A stretch of DNA of 64,000 nt from an uncultured delta proteobacterium (GTDB lineage: Bacteria; Desulfobacterota; Desulfobacteria; Desulfobacterales; JAHEIW01), in assembly GCA_963706575.1 (NCBI GenBank), contig CAVPNL010000015.1, positions 224,001 through 288,000 on the forward strand, written 5' to 3'. A model generated the notes under the pieces. That model saw nothing but the letters and a program-made list of their open reading frames with translations. It made no database searches and was not told the origin of the DNA. A program made the translations under genes and the position numbers. Of the stretch, positions 8,280-19,799 are shown piece after piece. The first letter of the stretch is position 1. Every line of letters starts with the position of its first letter.

Positions 8280-11200
8280 TCAAACCCCGGGTCGCTCCAT
8301 TTTAATGGCAAACATCAACAGGGACGGGATCACCAGCACCGTAAAAAGAGTTGAAACGGCCAGACCACCCAGGACCACGCTTCCAAGGCCCCTGTAAAAT
8401 TCGGATCCCGGACCTGGAATCAGCACAAGCGGCAACATCCCAAAAATAGAAGTGGCCGCGCTCATGTAAATGGGTCTCAAGCGGGTGCGCGTAGAAGTCA
8501 ACACGGCTTCTCGATGTGACATGCCATTGAGCCGGACGTTATTTAAGGCCTGATGAACAATCAGAATGGCATTGTTGACCACCACACCGACAAGGATGAT
8601 AAATCCCAGCATGGTGAGAATATCAAAAGGCTGAGGCGCAATAAACCAGTTAACCATTTTAAGCCCCACTAGCCCCCCGACCGCTGCCAGGGGCAGAGTG
8701 AACATAATGATTAATGGATAAATAAAATTGCCGAACAAAGCAGCCATGAGCAAATAGGCAATGATGGCAGCCAGGATAAAATCCCACTGCAAGGTTTGAC
8801 GGGTTTCGGTTAGCTTATCGGCCACACCACTTTGGCTCACATCGGTTCCCTGCAACATATCCTGCCCCGCCATGGGGTCGATGACCTTGGTGTTGATCGT
8901 TTCCATGGCTTCCTGCAGCGGGATTGAAAACGGCGGGGTGACCTGGAGAGTAATGGTTCGCTGGCGTTCAAGATGACGGATCTCAGTGATTCCGGTGGTG
9001 CGCTCCAGTTTTGACAGGGAAGAAACTGGAACGATCCGCCCGTCGGGGATGGCGATCATGGAATGATAAAGTTTCTCCGGAGAGTGAATGTCTGCTTCGG
9101 AAGCTTTTAGAATCAAATCGATTTTTTTCTGGCCCTCCTGTTTGAAATCCCCGATGTCTCTGCCGCCCATAAGGACATCCAGGGCAATGCCAAAGTCCCT
9201 GGCGGTCATTTTAACCGCTTTAAGGCGATCCCTGAGAGGTATCAACCGAGCTTCAAGAAATAGTAACTCCAGCGACGGTACCGGCCGTACCTGAGCCTGG
9301 GGAATTTCTTTCATAATGGCGCCATACATGGCACCGGCCACCTGGACGATACGATTTAAATCATCGCCGCTAATGTTGACCTCGATGGTTCGACCGCGTC
9401 CCAGAGAGGTCTGGAACACGCCGGCCTGAATGCTCACTCCGAACATTGCGGGAATCGAAAAAATGGTGCGCCTGAACAGCGGCAGCAGCTCACCGGCCCG
9501 CTGTTCATGGGTGCTGGTGGCGCCAAAGAGCATAATTTGCTCGGCACCCACATAAAACATGCTCTCAATGCCGGGAAACCCATCATTGTCTTTACCGAAA
9601 TAGGGTGCATTGAACCGATAGATATGTTCCCCGATGGCCTTGCGCTCGTCAAATGAAAGACCCGGTGGTGGAATTAACACGTTAATCACCAGATTGCGGT
9701 TGCCCTGCGGCAGGTACTCTGCTTTGGGAAGCAACATCCAGGCTCCCACAATCGAAACTGTGCTGAAAACCAAAATAGTGGCGGTCCGGGTCATCCAATT
9801 CCGGGTGACCCTTTTCACCAAAGTCATAACGCCGTTGACCAGGCGGGTACCGATATTACTGCCGCCCTCTATGCTGGTCTGGCAGGAGTCTTTACTTCCG
9901 GTTAATTCAAAAAGCCGCCTTGATAACATCGGGATCACCGAAACCGAAACAAACAGGCTCAACCCAACGGCAAAGGTGACCGCAATGGCAATATCCCGGA
10001 AAAGCTGTCCAGCTTCTTCCTCCATAAAAATGACCGGCAAAAAAACGGCAATAGTAGTCAGGGTGGATGCCAGAATGGCACCCCAGACTTCCCGGGCACC
10101 GTCATATGCCGCTTGAAAGGCAGGTTTTCCCATGCTGCAATGGCGGTCGATGTTCTCAAGCACAACGATGGCACTGTCAATCAGCATGCCGACGGCAAAA
10201 GCAATCCCTGCCAGGCTGACCACATTCAGATTACGCCCCATCAAATGCATAAAAATGAACGTGCCGATAATACTGATCGGAATGGCGGTGGCCACCACAA
10301 GCGTTGAAATAAAGCTCCTTAAAAAAACCAACAATACGATGATGGCCAGGGTTCCGCCAATGAGAATATTTTGCCGGACCAGTTTAATCGCACCTCGAAT
10401 ATAGGGCCTCTGATCATATACCCACTCGAGCTTGATCTTTTCAGAAGCGAGCTTTTCGTCGTTTAAACGCTTGACGATCGTTTCCAGGTTGTCCGAAAGA
10501 TCAAGGATGTTGGCGCCTGGTTCCGGTTTGACCCCGATGACAATCCCCTCTTTACCCATGTGCAGCATGGCGGTGGCCAATTTTTCATAGCCGAATTCAA
10601 CTGTTGCCAGATCCGAAACCCGTATGCGCTGCTGGCCGGTGGAACGGAGAACGATGTTTTCGATATCGGCTGCCGACCTGAACTCGCCGATGGTCCGAAT
10701 ACGGTAATCCCGCCGGCCGACGCCCATGATGCCGGCGGAAATATTTATATTTTCGGCTCTGAGAATTTCGATCAGCTCGGATATGGTCAAACCAAAGGCC
10801 GCCAATTTTTCCGGTTGAACGATAATGTGCATTTCTTTTTCGGTGCCGCCACCGATGAAAAGATCCGCAACACCGGTGGTTCTTTCCAGATATTGTCGAA
10901 TGTTATTTTCAAAATAGGTCCGATACTGATAAGGCGATCGCTGGTTATCGCCGGTGGTTTTGAGAACCATCCAGATCACCGGTGAAGTGGCGGCACCGGT
11001 AGCGGTGATTATGGGTTTGTCGACATTTTCCGGATATGAGGGAACTTCGTCGAGTTTATTTGAAACCCGCAACAGGGCGTCATCCGAATCGGTGCCGATG
11101 CTGAATCTGAGTGTGACGGTTCCCCGGGAGTTAAATGAGGCGCTTTCCATCTCCACAAGCCCGGGGATACCTTTCAAAACTTTTTCCTGCTCTTCAATGA

Positions 11201-11387
11201 TCTCCCGCTCCACCTCATAAGGGGTGGCTCCGCTCCAGGTTGTCGTGACACTGATCTCTGGCTCGATAACGGTGGGACTTAACTGATAGGGCATGCGAGT
11301 CAGCCCGATGATGCCGAACAGGATAATCAGAAAGACACCCACGATGATGGTAACCGGTTTTTCAATTGAGAATTTTACAGGGTTCAT
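8280..11387 (-). CDS. RND efflux permease (AcrB/MdtB-like)
   Basis: 1035 aa; GATPYEVE, AVGMLIDSAIVVLENI, GVVVNNAIL, RLRPIYMS. Confidence 0.93.
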   Translation of the reverse strand: MNPVKFSIEKPVTIIVGVFLIILFGIIGLTRMPYQLSPTVIEPEISVTTTWSGATPYEVEREIIEEQEKVLKGIPGLVEMESASFNSRGTVTLRFSIGTDSDDALLRVSNKLDEVPSYPENVDKPIITATGAATSPVIWMVLKTTGDNQRSPYQYRTYFENNIRQYLERTTGVADLFIGGGTEKEMHIIVQPEKLAAFGLTISELIEILRAENINISAGIMGVGRRDYRIRTIGEFRSAADIENIVLRSTGQQRIRVSDLATVEFGYEKLATAMLHMGKEGIVIGVKPEPGANILDLSDNLETIVKRLNDEKLASEKIKLEWVYDQRPYIRGAIKLVRQNILIGGTLAIIVLLVFLRSFISTLVVATAIPISIIGTFIFMHLMGRNLNVVSLAGIAFAVGMLIDSAIVVLENIDRHCSMGKPAFQAAYDGAREVWGAILASTLTTIAVFLPVIFMEEEAGQLFRDIAIAVTFAVGLSLFVSVSVIPMLSRRLFELTGSKDSCQTSIEGGSNIGTRLVNGVMTLVKRVTRNWMTRTATILVFSTVSIVGAWMLLPKAEYLPQGNRNLVINVLIPPPGLSFDERKAIGEHIYRFNAPYFGKDNDGFPGIESMFYVGAEQIMLFGATSTHEQRAGELLPLFRRTIFSIPAMFGVSIQAGVFQTSLGRGRTIEVNISGDDLNRIVQVAGAMYGAIMKEIPQAQVRPVPSLELLFLEARLIPLRDRLKAVKMTARDFGIALDVLMGGRDIGDFKQEGQKKIDLILKASEADIHSPEKLYHSMIAIPDGRIVPVSSLSKLERTTGITEIRHLERQRTITLQVTPPFSIPLQEAMETINTKVIDPMAGQDMLQGTDVSQSGVADKLTETRQTLQWDFILAAIIAYLLMAALFGNFIYPLIIMFTLPLAAVGGLVGLKMVNWFIAPQPFDILTMLGFIILVGVVVNNAILIVHQALNNVRLNGMSHREAVLTSTRTRLRPIYMSAATSIFGMLPLVLIPGPGSEFYRGLGSVVLGGLAVSTLFTVLVIPSLLMFAIKMERPGV

Positions 11388-11433
11388 GGTTCAGCACTTT
11401 CATGAGCAAATACGCTCAATGAAAAGTTATTTG

Positions 11434-12513
11434 TTATTGTCCGACTATAGAAACCATCTGCCCGTCACGCAATCGCTCGTTGCCTTTGACAACCACCTGC
11501 ATGCCTTCTGCAAGATCGGAGCTTTGCACGCCGGCAATCAGTGCTTGATAGCCGATAACGTCCACCGGAATCATCCGGACTTTAGCATCTTTAACCACAT
11601 AAACGACGGTTTGGCCAAACGGCGCAATGACGGCATCCCGGGAGACAACCAGCGTTTTGCGGGGGGTTCCGACCGGCAGCACCACTCTGGCCGACATTCC
11701 TTCGATAAGTGCCAGCGTATTCGGCGTTCGGATTTTTACCGGAAACGTCCGGGTGGCGACATCTCCGCGGGGAACCACGGCAATAACCGATCCTGATATT
11801 TCATTGCCGTTGATGGTTGCTTTAACCGGCATTCCGACTTGAATAAAGGGGATAGATTCTTCGGAAACATCCGCGACAATATCGATTACATCATCTTTGG
11901 CCAATATCGCCACCGTTGAGCCTTCCGCAAGCCACTCTCCCCGATCCACCTGCCGTTTGATGACAATCCCGTCAAACGGGGCGCGGATAGTTTTTTTCTG
12001 CAGTTCGATTTCGATGCGCTCAACCTCGGCATTGAGGGATTCAGCATGTTTTTCAATCCCTTTTACCCGGAAGCGGTTTTCGTCATAGGATTGCTCGGAA
12101 ATGGCTTTTGTTTTAAAAAGCTTTCCCCTGCGATCAAATTCAATGCGCGCAATTTCCAACTCGGACAGCACCTGCTCATAGTTGGCTGTGGTTGCCAGCA
12201 GCCTTTTCTTTAGAATATCCGCGTCCAGTTTGATTAGCACCTCATTCTTTTTGATGCGTTGCCCATCCTCAAAGCGCACTTCATCAACCCGTCCACTCAT
12301 CTCAGATGCCACGTCGGAAACCTCCTCATAAAAAACAGTACCGATAAACTCCGCCTGAGGTGTGACCATTCCGGTTTCAACAGTTGATACGGCCACCTTG
12401 GCCGGCGGCGGCCCCTTCGGTTTTTCCTGGCCCCAAAGTGCCGAAACAAACAGGTTCATCAACAATCCGCTCAAAAACAAAAATCGGAAAGATCGTTTTA
12501 ATCTGCCGGACAT
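11434..12513 (-). CDS. RND membrane fusion protein
   Basis: VASEMSGRV, coiled coil, IRAPFDG, TRTFPVK, VVVKG; GGAGG before ATG 12513. Confidence 0.9.
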   Translation of the reverse strand: MSGRLKRSFRFLFLSGLLMNLFVSALWGQEKPKGPPPAKVAVSTVETGMVTPQAEFIGTVFYEEVSDVASEMSGRVDEVRFEDGQRIKKNEVLIKLDADILKKRLLATTANYEQVLSELEIARIEFDRRGKLFKTKAISEQSYDENRFRVKGIEKHAESLNAEVERIEIELQKKTIRAPFDGIVIKRQVDRGEWLAEGSTVAILAKDDVIDIVADVSEESIPFIQVGMPVKATINGNEISGSVIAVVPRGDVATRTFPVKIRTPNTLALIEGMSARVVLPVGTPRKTLVVSRDAVIAPFGQTVVYVVKDAKVRMIPVDVIGYQALIAGVQSSDLAEGMQVVVKGNERLRDGQMVSIVGQ

Positions 12514-12786
12514 GCCAGCCTCCATCCAAATATGCTCAATGCTTTGATTCACCGCTATGATTGCAATTAAAATTCGGCTAAAAAACAATTAACTAGCCGG
12601 GTTGAGTATGGACTAAGATAATGACATTTGAAGATATGACAAGCAGGTAGGTTACTACGAAGGATACTTCAACTGCAACAATGCATACAGTCTGACAAAA
12701 CAAATAGGAATTGACACTCAAATGTCTTTTCCATATGATCGATTTTTGACAAACGCATGACTATCTTCATTTTAATTGTCGATCCA

Positions 12787-12814
12787 TTGACATTTTCACG
12801 GCCCCGATTATAAA
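12787..12814 (+). promoter_or_regulatory. Putative sigma70 promoter for sucA
   Basis: TTGACA-16nt-TATAAA. Confidence 0.45.
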
Positions 12815-12848
12815 TAGCAACAAAATTAATTAAGCATTATAAAAGCCC

Positions 12849-12920
12849 ACCACGAAGGACACGAAAAAGAAAGCATTAATATAAATATCTGATCTTCGTG
12901 CTCTTCGTGTTCTTCGTGGT
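12849..12920. repeat. Inverted array of 9-mer repeats (CACGAAG / CTTCGTG)
   Basis: ACCACGAAGGACACGAA...CTTCGTGCTCTTCGTGTTCTTCGTGGT. Confidence 0.7.
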
Positions 12921-12942
12921 TAAAACAAAAGGTAACAGGGTC

Positions 12943-15693
12943 ATGGATCTATCCACCGCCTGGAATACTGAATTCATCGAGGAGCAATACAACCGATGGA
13001 AAGCAGATCCTGCCAGCGTCTCAAACGATTGGCGTTTTTTTTTCGAAGGATTTGAGCTGGCAGTATCCGGTGCACCTGAAGCCGCCGACGGCTTTGATCA
13101 GCAACAACTGTTAGGGCAATCACGGGTCGAGTCGCTTATTTATCGTTACCGGGATCTGGGGCATCTGCTGGCCTGCCTGGATCCGCTGGCGGCATGCCCG
13201 ACTGAGCATCCCCTGCTTGCGCTGGAAGCCTTTAATTTGACCCCGCAAGATTTGGACCGGGAATTTTTTACCCGCCGCTTTGCAGCATCCGGACAGGCTC
13301 CCTTGAAAGAAATTATTCTGGCATTAAAAGAGACCTACTGTCACGCCATCGGTGTGGAATTCATGCACCTGCAGGATCCATCCGAGCGGCGCTGGCTGCT
13401 AAATCGCATGGAGCCGGTTCGCAACCGACCTGGTTTGGAGCCGGATGCCAAACAGCGCATATTGAAAAGCCTTGTCAGGGCCGCTCTTTTTGAACAATTT
13501 TTGAATAAAAAATACATCGGCGTCACCCGCTTTTCCCTCGAAGGGGGCGAAGCCCTGATTGCGGCCCTGGATTTTTTAATTGAGCATGTGGCCGAAGCCG
13601 GCGCCAAAGAAATCATTCTCGGTATGGCGCACCGCGGACGGTTAAATGTTCAGGCCAACATCCTCCAAAGGCCTTATGAAGACATACTCAGCGAGTTTGA
13701 AAGCTGTTACAATCCCGAGGAGCTCGTCGGCGCCGGTGATGTAAAATATCACAATGGATATCTGGCCGACCTTAAAACCGCCAATAATCAAGGGCTGCGT
13801 ATCTTCTTAATGAACAACCCGAGTCATTTAGAAGCGGTTAACCCGGTAGTGGAAGGATTTAGCCGTGCCCGCCAGGATCTCATTGGCGACAGCAATGGAG
13901 CGCAGGTCCTGCCGCTTTTAATCCACGGCGATGCCGCCTTTGCGGGGCAGGGTATTGTCGCTGAAACCTTGAATATGTCGCAACTGGAAGGCTATAAAAC
14001 CGGCGGTACGATTCACATGATCATCAACAACCAGATCGGTTATACCACGCTTCCCGAAAATGCGCGCTCCACACGATACTCCACCGATATCGCCAAAATG
14101 CTGATGGTACCCATCTTTCACGTGCACGGCGAAAACCCCGAAGCCGTCTTGCATGTCATGCAACTGGCCGCTGATTACCGTAGCGAGTACGGTAAAGATG
14201 TCGTCATTGATCTGGTCTGCTATCGCCGCTACGGGCATAACGAAGGCGATGAACCCTATTTTACCCAGCCCGGAATGTATGACCGCATTCGCCAGCGGCC
14301 TTCGTTGCATCAAATTTACGCAGACCAATTGATTTCCGAGGGTATCGCCCAGCAGGATGATATCGACAAGATGACGGCAGAAATCAACAACCAGTTAGAC
14401 CAGGCCTATGCAACGGTTCACGGCAGTGAGTGCCCCTTTCCCGAATCCCGCTTCTATGAAGCATGGGACGGCATCAGCGCCGCTTACACCCACGAAACGG
14501 TTGCCACCGGTGTCGATAAAGATGTCCTGATTTCGTTCGCCAAGAAATTAAATTCGATTCCTGAAAACTTTAGCCTGAACCCCAAACTGCAACGTCTGCT
14601 TGAAAAACGACTGGCATCGGTTGAGCAGGGCGAAGGCATTGATTGGGCCAATGCCGAGGCACTGGCGTTCGCATCCCTGCTGGCAGAAGGTCTCTCCGTG
14701 CGCCTCAGCGGCCAGGACAGCGGCCGCGGCACCTTCAGTCAGCGCCACAGCACGTTGGTCGACATTCAGAATGAAACGCGCCACTTACCCTTAAATTCAA
14801 TTGATGTCGATCAGGCCCGATTTTATGTTTATGACAGCCTTTTATCAGAGGCCGGTGTGCTCGGCTTCGAATACGGTTATTCTCTGGCACGACCCGACAG
14901 CCTGGTTTTGTGGGAGGCCCAGTTCGGTGACTTCGTTAATAATGCCCAGTCTGTAATCGATCTGTTTATCGCCAGCGGGGAAACCAAGTGGCAGCGTCTC
15001 AGCGGCCTGACCTTGCTGCTGCCCCACGGCTACGAGGGCATGGGGCCCGAGCATTCCAGTGCACGGCTTGAGCGGTTTTTGCAATTGTGCGCCGGCGACA
15101 ACATCCAGGTGAGCAACCCGACCACGCCGGCTCAATATTTTCATTTGTTGCGGCGCCAGGTTAAATCGCGGTTTCGCAAGCCCCTTGTTGTCATGACGCC
15201 CAAAAGCCTGTTGCGGCACCCGCTGGCGGTTTCGAAAATCGAGGACCTGGCTGCGGACCATTTCCAGCCCGTTTTAGATGATCCCGGTAGCGCCAAACAG
15301 GCCAAGACGATTTTGATCTGCAGCGGAAAAATCTTTTATGAGCTGCTGCAAAACCGTAACGAATTGGACAAAACAGACGTTGCCATTGTACGACTAGAGC
15401 AGTTCTACCCGTTTCCGGAATCACAGCTAAAAATTATTTTTCAAAAATATGATCAGGTCAAAAAATGGTTCTGGGTTCAGGAAGAGCCGCAAAACATGGG
15501 TGCATGGCAATTTGTGCAGCCGCGTCTAAACGCCGCTTGCGGGAAATCATTCAGCTATATCGGCCGAAAAGCATCTTCCAGCCCGGCTTCCGGCTTTCCC
15601 GGCCTTGCCAAATTAGAACAGCAAGCAATCGTCGCACAGGCATTGGGACCACCTGCCATCCGTAAAGGGAAAGGCAAAGCCGCCGCGGGGTAA
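12943..15693 (+). CDS. sucA: 2-oxoglutarate dehydrogenase E1
   Basis: RFSLEGGE, GMAHRGRLN, GDVKYH, NPSHLE, HGDAAFAGQG, WEAQFGDF, GPEHSSARLERFLQ. Confidence 0.97.
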   Translation: MDLSTAWNTEFIEEQYNRWKADPASVSNDWRFFFEGFELAVSGAPEAADGFDQQQLLGQSRVESLIYRYRDLGHLLACLDPLAACPTEHPLLALEAFNLTPQDLDREFFTRRFAASGQAPLKEIILALKETYCHAIGVEFMHLQDPSERRWLLNRMEPVRNRPGLEPDAKQRILKSLVRAALFEQFLNKKYIGVTRFSLEGGEALIAALDFLIEHVAEAGAKEIILGMAHRGRLNVQANILQRPYEDILSEFESCYNPEELVGAGDVKYHNGYLADLKTANNQGLRIFLMNNPSHLEAVNPVVEGFSRARQDLIGDSNGAQVLPLLIHGDAAFAGQGIVAETLNMSQLEGYKTGGTIHMIINNQIGYTTLPENARSTRYSTDIAKMLMVPIFHVHGENPEAVLHVMQLAADYRSEYGKDVVIDLVCYRRYGHNEGDEPYFTQPGMYDRIRQRPSLHQIYADQLISEGIAQQDDIDKMTAEINNQLDQAYATVHGSECPFPESRFYEAWDGISAAYTHETVATGVDKDVLISFAKKLNSIPENFSLNPKLQRLLEKRLASVEQGEGIDWANAEALAFASLLAEGLSVRLSGQDSGRGTFSQRHSTLVDIQNETRHLPLNSIDVDQARFYVYDSLLSEAGVLGFEYGYSLARPDSLVLWEAQFGDFVNNAQSVIDLFIASGETKWQRLSGLTLLLPHGYEGMGPEHSSARLERFLQLCAGDNIQVSNPTTPAQYFHLLRRQVKSRFRKPLVVMTPKSLLRHPLAVSKIEDLAADHFQPVLDDPGSAKQAKTILICSGKIFYELLQNRNELDKTDVAIVRLEQFYPFPESQLKIIFQKYDQVKKWFWVQEEPQNMGAWQFVQPRLNAACGKSFSYIGRKASSSPASGFPGLAKLEQQAIVAQALGPPAIRKGKGKAAAG

Positions 15694-15716
15694 GTTCAGG
15701 GCCGTTGGCCCTTAAT

Positions 15717-15788
15717 AGGTGTCAGTGTTCAGGTGTCAGGTGTCAGATCTTCGCATTCCTGACACCTGACACCTGACACCCGAAACCT
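15717..15788. repeat. Inverted array of 7-mer repeats (GGTGTCA / TGACACC)
   Basis: AGGTGTCAG...CAGGTGTCAGGTGTCAG then CCTGACACCTGACACCTGACACCCGAAACCT, between sucA and sucB. Confidence 0.8.
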
Positions 15789-15860
15789 AAAACCAGATGG
15801 GCAACAGTATCTAATTAAAAATTTTGCAGCTAAATTAGCGTAAACGAAAAAGAGGGAATT

Positions 15861-17207
15861 ATGGTAGTTGAGATAAAGGTTCCCAGCGTGGGCGAATCCG
15901 TAACAGAGGCCTTGCTGGCCCAGTGGTTCAAAAACGATGGCGATATAATTAAAAAAGACGAGCCGCTTTTTGTTATTGAAACCGACAAAGTCACTTTAGA
16001 GGTCGTCTCCGAGGCCGCGGGTGTCGTCTCCATCCAGGTTCAGGAAGGCGAAACCGTCGCTATCGGCGCTGTGGTCGGCACCATTGACACAGCGGCGGCG
16101 CCCAAACCCGCCGAAACCCCGCCGGCTCCGCAAGCACCTGAAATAGAGAAAGCACAACCGCCGGCCGCAGCGCCCGAAGAACCGCCAGCACCGGCCCCGG
16201 AAGCGCCCGCACAGACCACCCCGGCACCGCCACCGCCGCAACCGGTATCTGCTCCTGCTCAACCGTCGATTCGTACAGTTGACCTGGCGCCTTCTGTGCG
16301 CCGACTGATCGCTGAAAAAAACCTGGATCCGGCTCAAATTCGCGGGACCGGTCCGGCCGGCCGCATCACCAAAGGAGATGTGGTTTTGTTTCTGGAAGGG
16401 TTGCAGGTACCGGCAGCAGCGCCGGCGCCGGCCCAGGGCGATGATACAGTTCAAAAACCCGCCGAAACCCCGCCGCAGCCGTTAGCTGAAACACCAACGG
16501 CCGGTGAAGAAGGGATCACGCGCAAACCCATGAGCCCGATCCGCCAGCGGATTGCCGCTCATCTGCTGAATGCCAAGCAAAATACCGCCATGCTGACCAC
16601 CTTTAACGATGTCGATATGACACGGGTGCTGGCACTGCGGGCGCAATTCAAAGAAAGTTTTAAGGAAAAATACGGTATCTCACTGGGCATGATGTCCTTC
16701 TTTATTAAAGCCTGTGTCGAAGCGCTCAAAGAATTTCCCCAAGTCAATGCCTATATCGATGCTAAGGACATCATCTACCATCATTATTATCATATCGGCG
16801 TTGCCATCGGGTCGGAAAAGGGCCTGGTGGTACCGGTCATCCGGCATGCCGATAAGCTTAACTTCGCCGAACTGGAGCAGGCCATTGTTGATTTTGTCAA
16901 TAAAATAAAAGAAAACCGGCTGGAACTGTCCGATCTTGAAGGCGGCACGTTTACCATCAGCAACGGCGGCGTTTTCGGTTCGCTCTTGAGCACACCGATA
17001 TTAAACATGCCCCAGAGCGGAATTCTCGGGATGCACCGCATCGAAAAGCGGCCCGTAGCACTTGAGGATCAGATGGTTATCCGGCCCATGATGTATCTTG
17101 CGCTCAGTTACGATCACCGCATTATTGACGGCCGTGAAGCCGTCACCTTTCTCAAGCGCATCAAAGAATGTATCGAGAACCCGGAACGCATAATGATGGA
17201 GATTTAG
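15861..17207 (+). CDS. sucB: Dihydrolipoamide succinyltransferase E2
   Basis: Lipoyl ETDKV, Pro/Ala linker, [33 protein letters not shown]. Confidence 0.96.
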   Translation: MVVEIKVPSVGESVTEALLAQWFKNDGDIIKKDEPLFVIETDKVTLEVVSEAAGVVSIQVQEGETVAIGAVVGTIDTAAAPKPAETPPAPQAPEIEKAQPPAAAPEEPPAPAPEAPAQTTPAPPPPQPVSAPAQPSIRTVDLAPSVRRLIAEKNLDPAQIRGTGPAGRITKGDVVLFLEGLQVPAAAPAPAQGDDTVQKPAETPPQPLAETPTAGEEGITRKPMSPIRQRIAAHLLNAKQNTAMLTTFNDVDMTRVLALRAQFKESFKEKYGISLGMMSFFIKACVEALKEFPQVNAYIDAKDIIYHHYYHIGVAIGSEKGLVVPVIRHADKLNFAELEQAIVDFVNKIKENRLELSDLEGGTFTISNGGVFGSLLSTPILNMPQSGILGMHRIEKRPVALEDQMVIRPMMYLALSYDHRIIDGREAVTFLKRIKECIENPERIMMEI

Positions 17208-17209
17208 TT

Positions 17210-18637
17210 ATGGCCCCAAACAACACCTACGATGTGATCATTGTCGGCAGTGGACCCGGCGGTTATGTGGCCGCCGTGCGCGCCGCCCAATTGGATTTGA
17301 AGGTTGCCTGTATTGAAAAAGCGCCGCGCCTGGGAGGCGTTTGTCTCAATGTCGGCTGCATTCCCAGTAAAGCCCTGCTGGACTCCAGTGAATACCTCCA
17401 TCTCGCCAAAACCCAGTTTGCCGATCACGGCATCAAAACCGGCCGCCTCAGCCTCGACCTGGCGGTGATGATGGCGCGCAAGGAAAAAGTGGTTCTGGAC
17501 CTGACGGAAAATGTCAAACGGCTGCTCGAGGGCCATAAGGTGGAAATCATTCAGGGCACCGCCCGACTGGCCGCGGCCGATCAGGTCACCGTGGAAACCC
17601 ATTCGGAGTCATCCAAAAAAAATAAAAGCACCACCTTGTCCGCCAGGGCCATTATTCTGGCCACCGGCAGCGAAACCGTGCCGTTGCCGGATCTGCCTTT
17701 TGACGGTCATCAGATTATCAGCTCGACCGACGCCTTGAAATTGGACACCGTACCCAAACACCTGGGTATCGTCGGCGGCGGCTATATCGGACTTGAGCTG
17801 GGATCGGTCTGGCTGCGACTGGGTGCCAAGGTGAGTCTGTTCGAAATGCTGCCTAAAATCGCCACCGGTCTGGACGGTCAGGTAGGGCGCAAACTGCAGC
17901 GGGTTCTCAAGCGCCAGGGGTTTAAATTTTATATGAATTCAAAAGTCACCCGGGCCAAAGCGATGGCCAAAAGCGTTAAGGTCGAGTTGGAAGCCAAAGG
18001 TAAAAAGGAAACCGTCACCTGTGACAAGTTGCTGGTGAGTGTCGGGCGCCGCCCCTTAACCCGTGATCTGGGCCTGGATCAGGTAGGAGTGGAAACCGAT
18101 CCGGAAACCGGATGTATAAAAGTGGACAGCGCCTATCGCACCAATATCCCGTCGATTTATGCGATCGGCGATTTGATTCCCGGGCCCATGCTGGCCCACA
18201 AGGCCTCAGCCGAAGGAATCGCCGTGGCTGAAATTATTGCCGGGCGTCCCGGTGAGGTCAATTACGATGCCATCCCATCAATCATTTATACCTGGCCGGA
18301 GGTGGCCAGTGTGGGGCTGACGGAAGAACAGATCAAGGAACGCGATATCCCCTATTGTTCGGGAACTTATCCTTTTACCGGCGCGGGACGGGCGCGCTGC
18401 ATGGGCGAGACGGAGGGGTTTGTCAAGGTCCTGGCTCACGAAAAAACCGATCGGATTCTGGGGGTGCATATCATCGGACCGCGGGCCGCGGATATGATTG
18501 CCGAGAGCGTACTGGCGGTTGAGCTCGGCGGCAGCTCAGAAGACATTGCCCGCACCGTGCACGGTCATCCAACATTTGCCGAGGCGCTGCAGGAAGCCGC
18601 TATGGCGGTTCAGAAGTGCTCAATTTACGCTTCATAG
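17210..18637 (+). CDS. lpdA: Dihydrolipoyl dehydrogenase E3
   Basis: GSGPGG, GGVCLNVGCIPSK, GGGYIGLE, LAHKA, HPTFAE. Confidence 0.96.
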   Translation: MAPNNTYDVIIVGSGPGGYVAAVRAAQLDLKVACIEKAPRLGGVCLNVGCIPSKALLDSSEYLHLAKTQFADHGIKTGRLSLDLAVMMARKEKVVLDLTENVKRLLEGHKVEIIQGTARLAAADQVTVETHSESSKKNKSTTLSARAIILATGSETVPLPDLPFDGHQIISSTDALKLDTVPKHLGIVGGGYIGLELGSVWLRLGAKVSLFEMLPKIATGLDGQVGRKLQRVLKRQGFKFYMNSKVTRAKAMAKSVKVELEAKGKKETVTCDKLLVSVGRRPLTRDLGLDQVGVETDPETGCIKVDSAYRTNIPSIYAIGDLIPGPMLAHKASAEGIAVAEIIAGRPGEVNYDAIPSIIYTWPEVASVGLTEEQIKERDIPYCSGTYPFTGAGRARCMGETEGFVKVLAHEKTDRILGVHIIGPRAADMIAESVLAVELGGSSEDIARTVHGHPTFAEALQEAAMAVQKCSIYAS

Positions 18638-18710
18638 GTCTGAAATATCAAAAAACTTATTCGCTGGATCCCCCTAAGTTTCATTCATGCCTTATTATTA
18701 TGGGAATTTA

Positions 18711-18818
18711 AGCATAGCGCATGGCGCATAGAGCATAGCGTTTGAACAAGAAGAAACAAGGTTCTATTTTTTAACGCTATGCGCTTTGCCCTATGCTCTT
18801 TGCGCTCCGCCCTTTGCG
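18711..18818. repeat. Inverted array of 7-mer repeats (GCATAGC / GCTATGC)
   Basis: AGCATAGCGCATGGCGCATAGAGCATAGCG...CGCTATGCGCTTTGCCCTATGCTCTTTGCG between convergent lpdA and cysK. Confidence 0.8.
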
Positions 18819-18836
18819 ACTGCGAAAATTTGACAT

Positions 18837-19766
18837 CTACTCGTCGTCGCTGAAGAGCGGTGTACTGATATACCGCTCCGCCGGGCTGGGGATGATAACC
18901 ACGATGGTTTTGCCGCCGGATTCAGGGCGCTTGGCCACCTCAAGGGCCGCCTTCACCGCCGCGCCGGATGAGATGCCGCAGGCGATGCCCTCCAATTTGG
19001 CGAGCTGACGGGAAGTTTCAAAGGCGTCATCGTTGGAAACGGTCACCACGTCATCCAGCAGCGACTGGTCCAGTACATCCGGCACGAAACCGGCGCCGAT
19101 TCCCTGAATTTTATGCGGTCCTTTTTGGCCGCCGGAGAGCACCGGAGAGTCGGTGGGCTCTACCGCAATGGCCTTAAAAGCGGGTTTTCGCGGTTTGATG
19201 ACCTGCGATACACCAGTGATGGTGCCGCCGGTGCCGACACCGGCGACAAGGATGTCGACCCGGCCTTCGGTGTCGCGCCAGATTTCTTCGGCCGTTGTTT
19301 CGCGGTGAATTCTGGGATTGGCCGGATTTTTAAACTGATTCGGCATAAATGCGTCCTTTTCAGACGCCAGTATCTCCTCAGCCTTCTCAATAGATCCCGG
19401 CATGCCTTTGGCGCCGGGTGTCAAAATCAATTCCGCCCCCATATGCGTTAACAGTTTGCGTCGTTCAGTGCTCATGGTATCGGGCATGGTCAAACACAGG
19501 CGATAATTTTTAGCAGCGCAGATAAAGGCCAGCGAAATGCCCGTGTTACCGCTGGTGGGTTCGACGATGAGGGTCTTGGATGTTATGGAACCGTCTAATT
19601 CACCGGCAGCAATCATCGAGGCCGCAATACGGTCTTTGACGCTTCCCAGTGGATTGAAAAATTCCAGTTTGGCATATATTTCCGCATCCAGGCCTTCATT
19701 AATTCGATTCAGTCGAACCAGCGGCGTTGAACCGATGGTGCTGCTGACAGTGGAATGATATTTCAT
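18837..19766 (-). CDS. cysK: Cysteine synthase A
   Basis: [14 protein letters not shown] (PLP Lys), [24 protein letters not shown]. Confidence 0.96.
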   Translation of the reverse strand: MKYHSTVSSTIGSTPLVRLNRINEGLDAEIYAKLEFFNPLGSVKDRIAASMIAAGELDGSITSKTLIVEPTSGNTGISLAFICAAKNYRLCLTMPDTMSTERRKLLTHMGAELILTPGAKGMPGSIEKAEEILASEKDAFMPNQFKNPANPRIHRETTAEEIWRDTEGRVDILVAGVGTGGTITGVSQVIKPRKPAFKAIAVEPTDSPVLSGGQKGPHKIQGIGAGFVPDVLDQSLLDDVVTVSNDDAFETSRQLAKLEGIACGISSGAAVKAALEVAKRPESGGKTIVVIIPSPAERYISTPLFSDDE

Positions 19767-19799
19767 GACTGACCTCCCTTAAAAAAAACTTCGTTTTTT

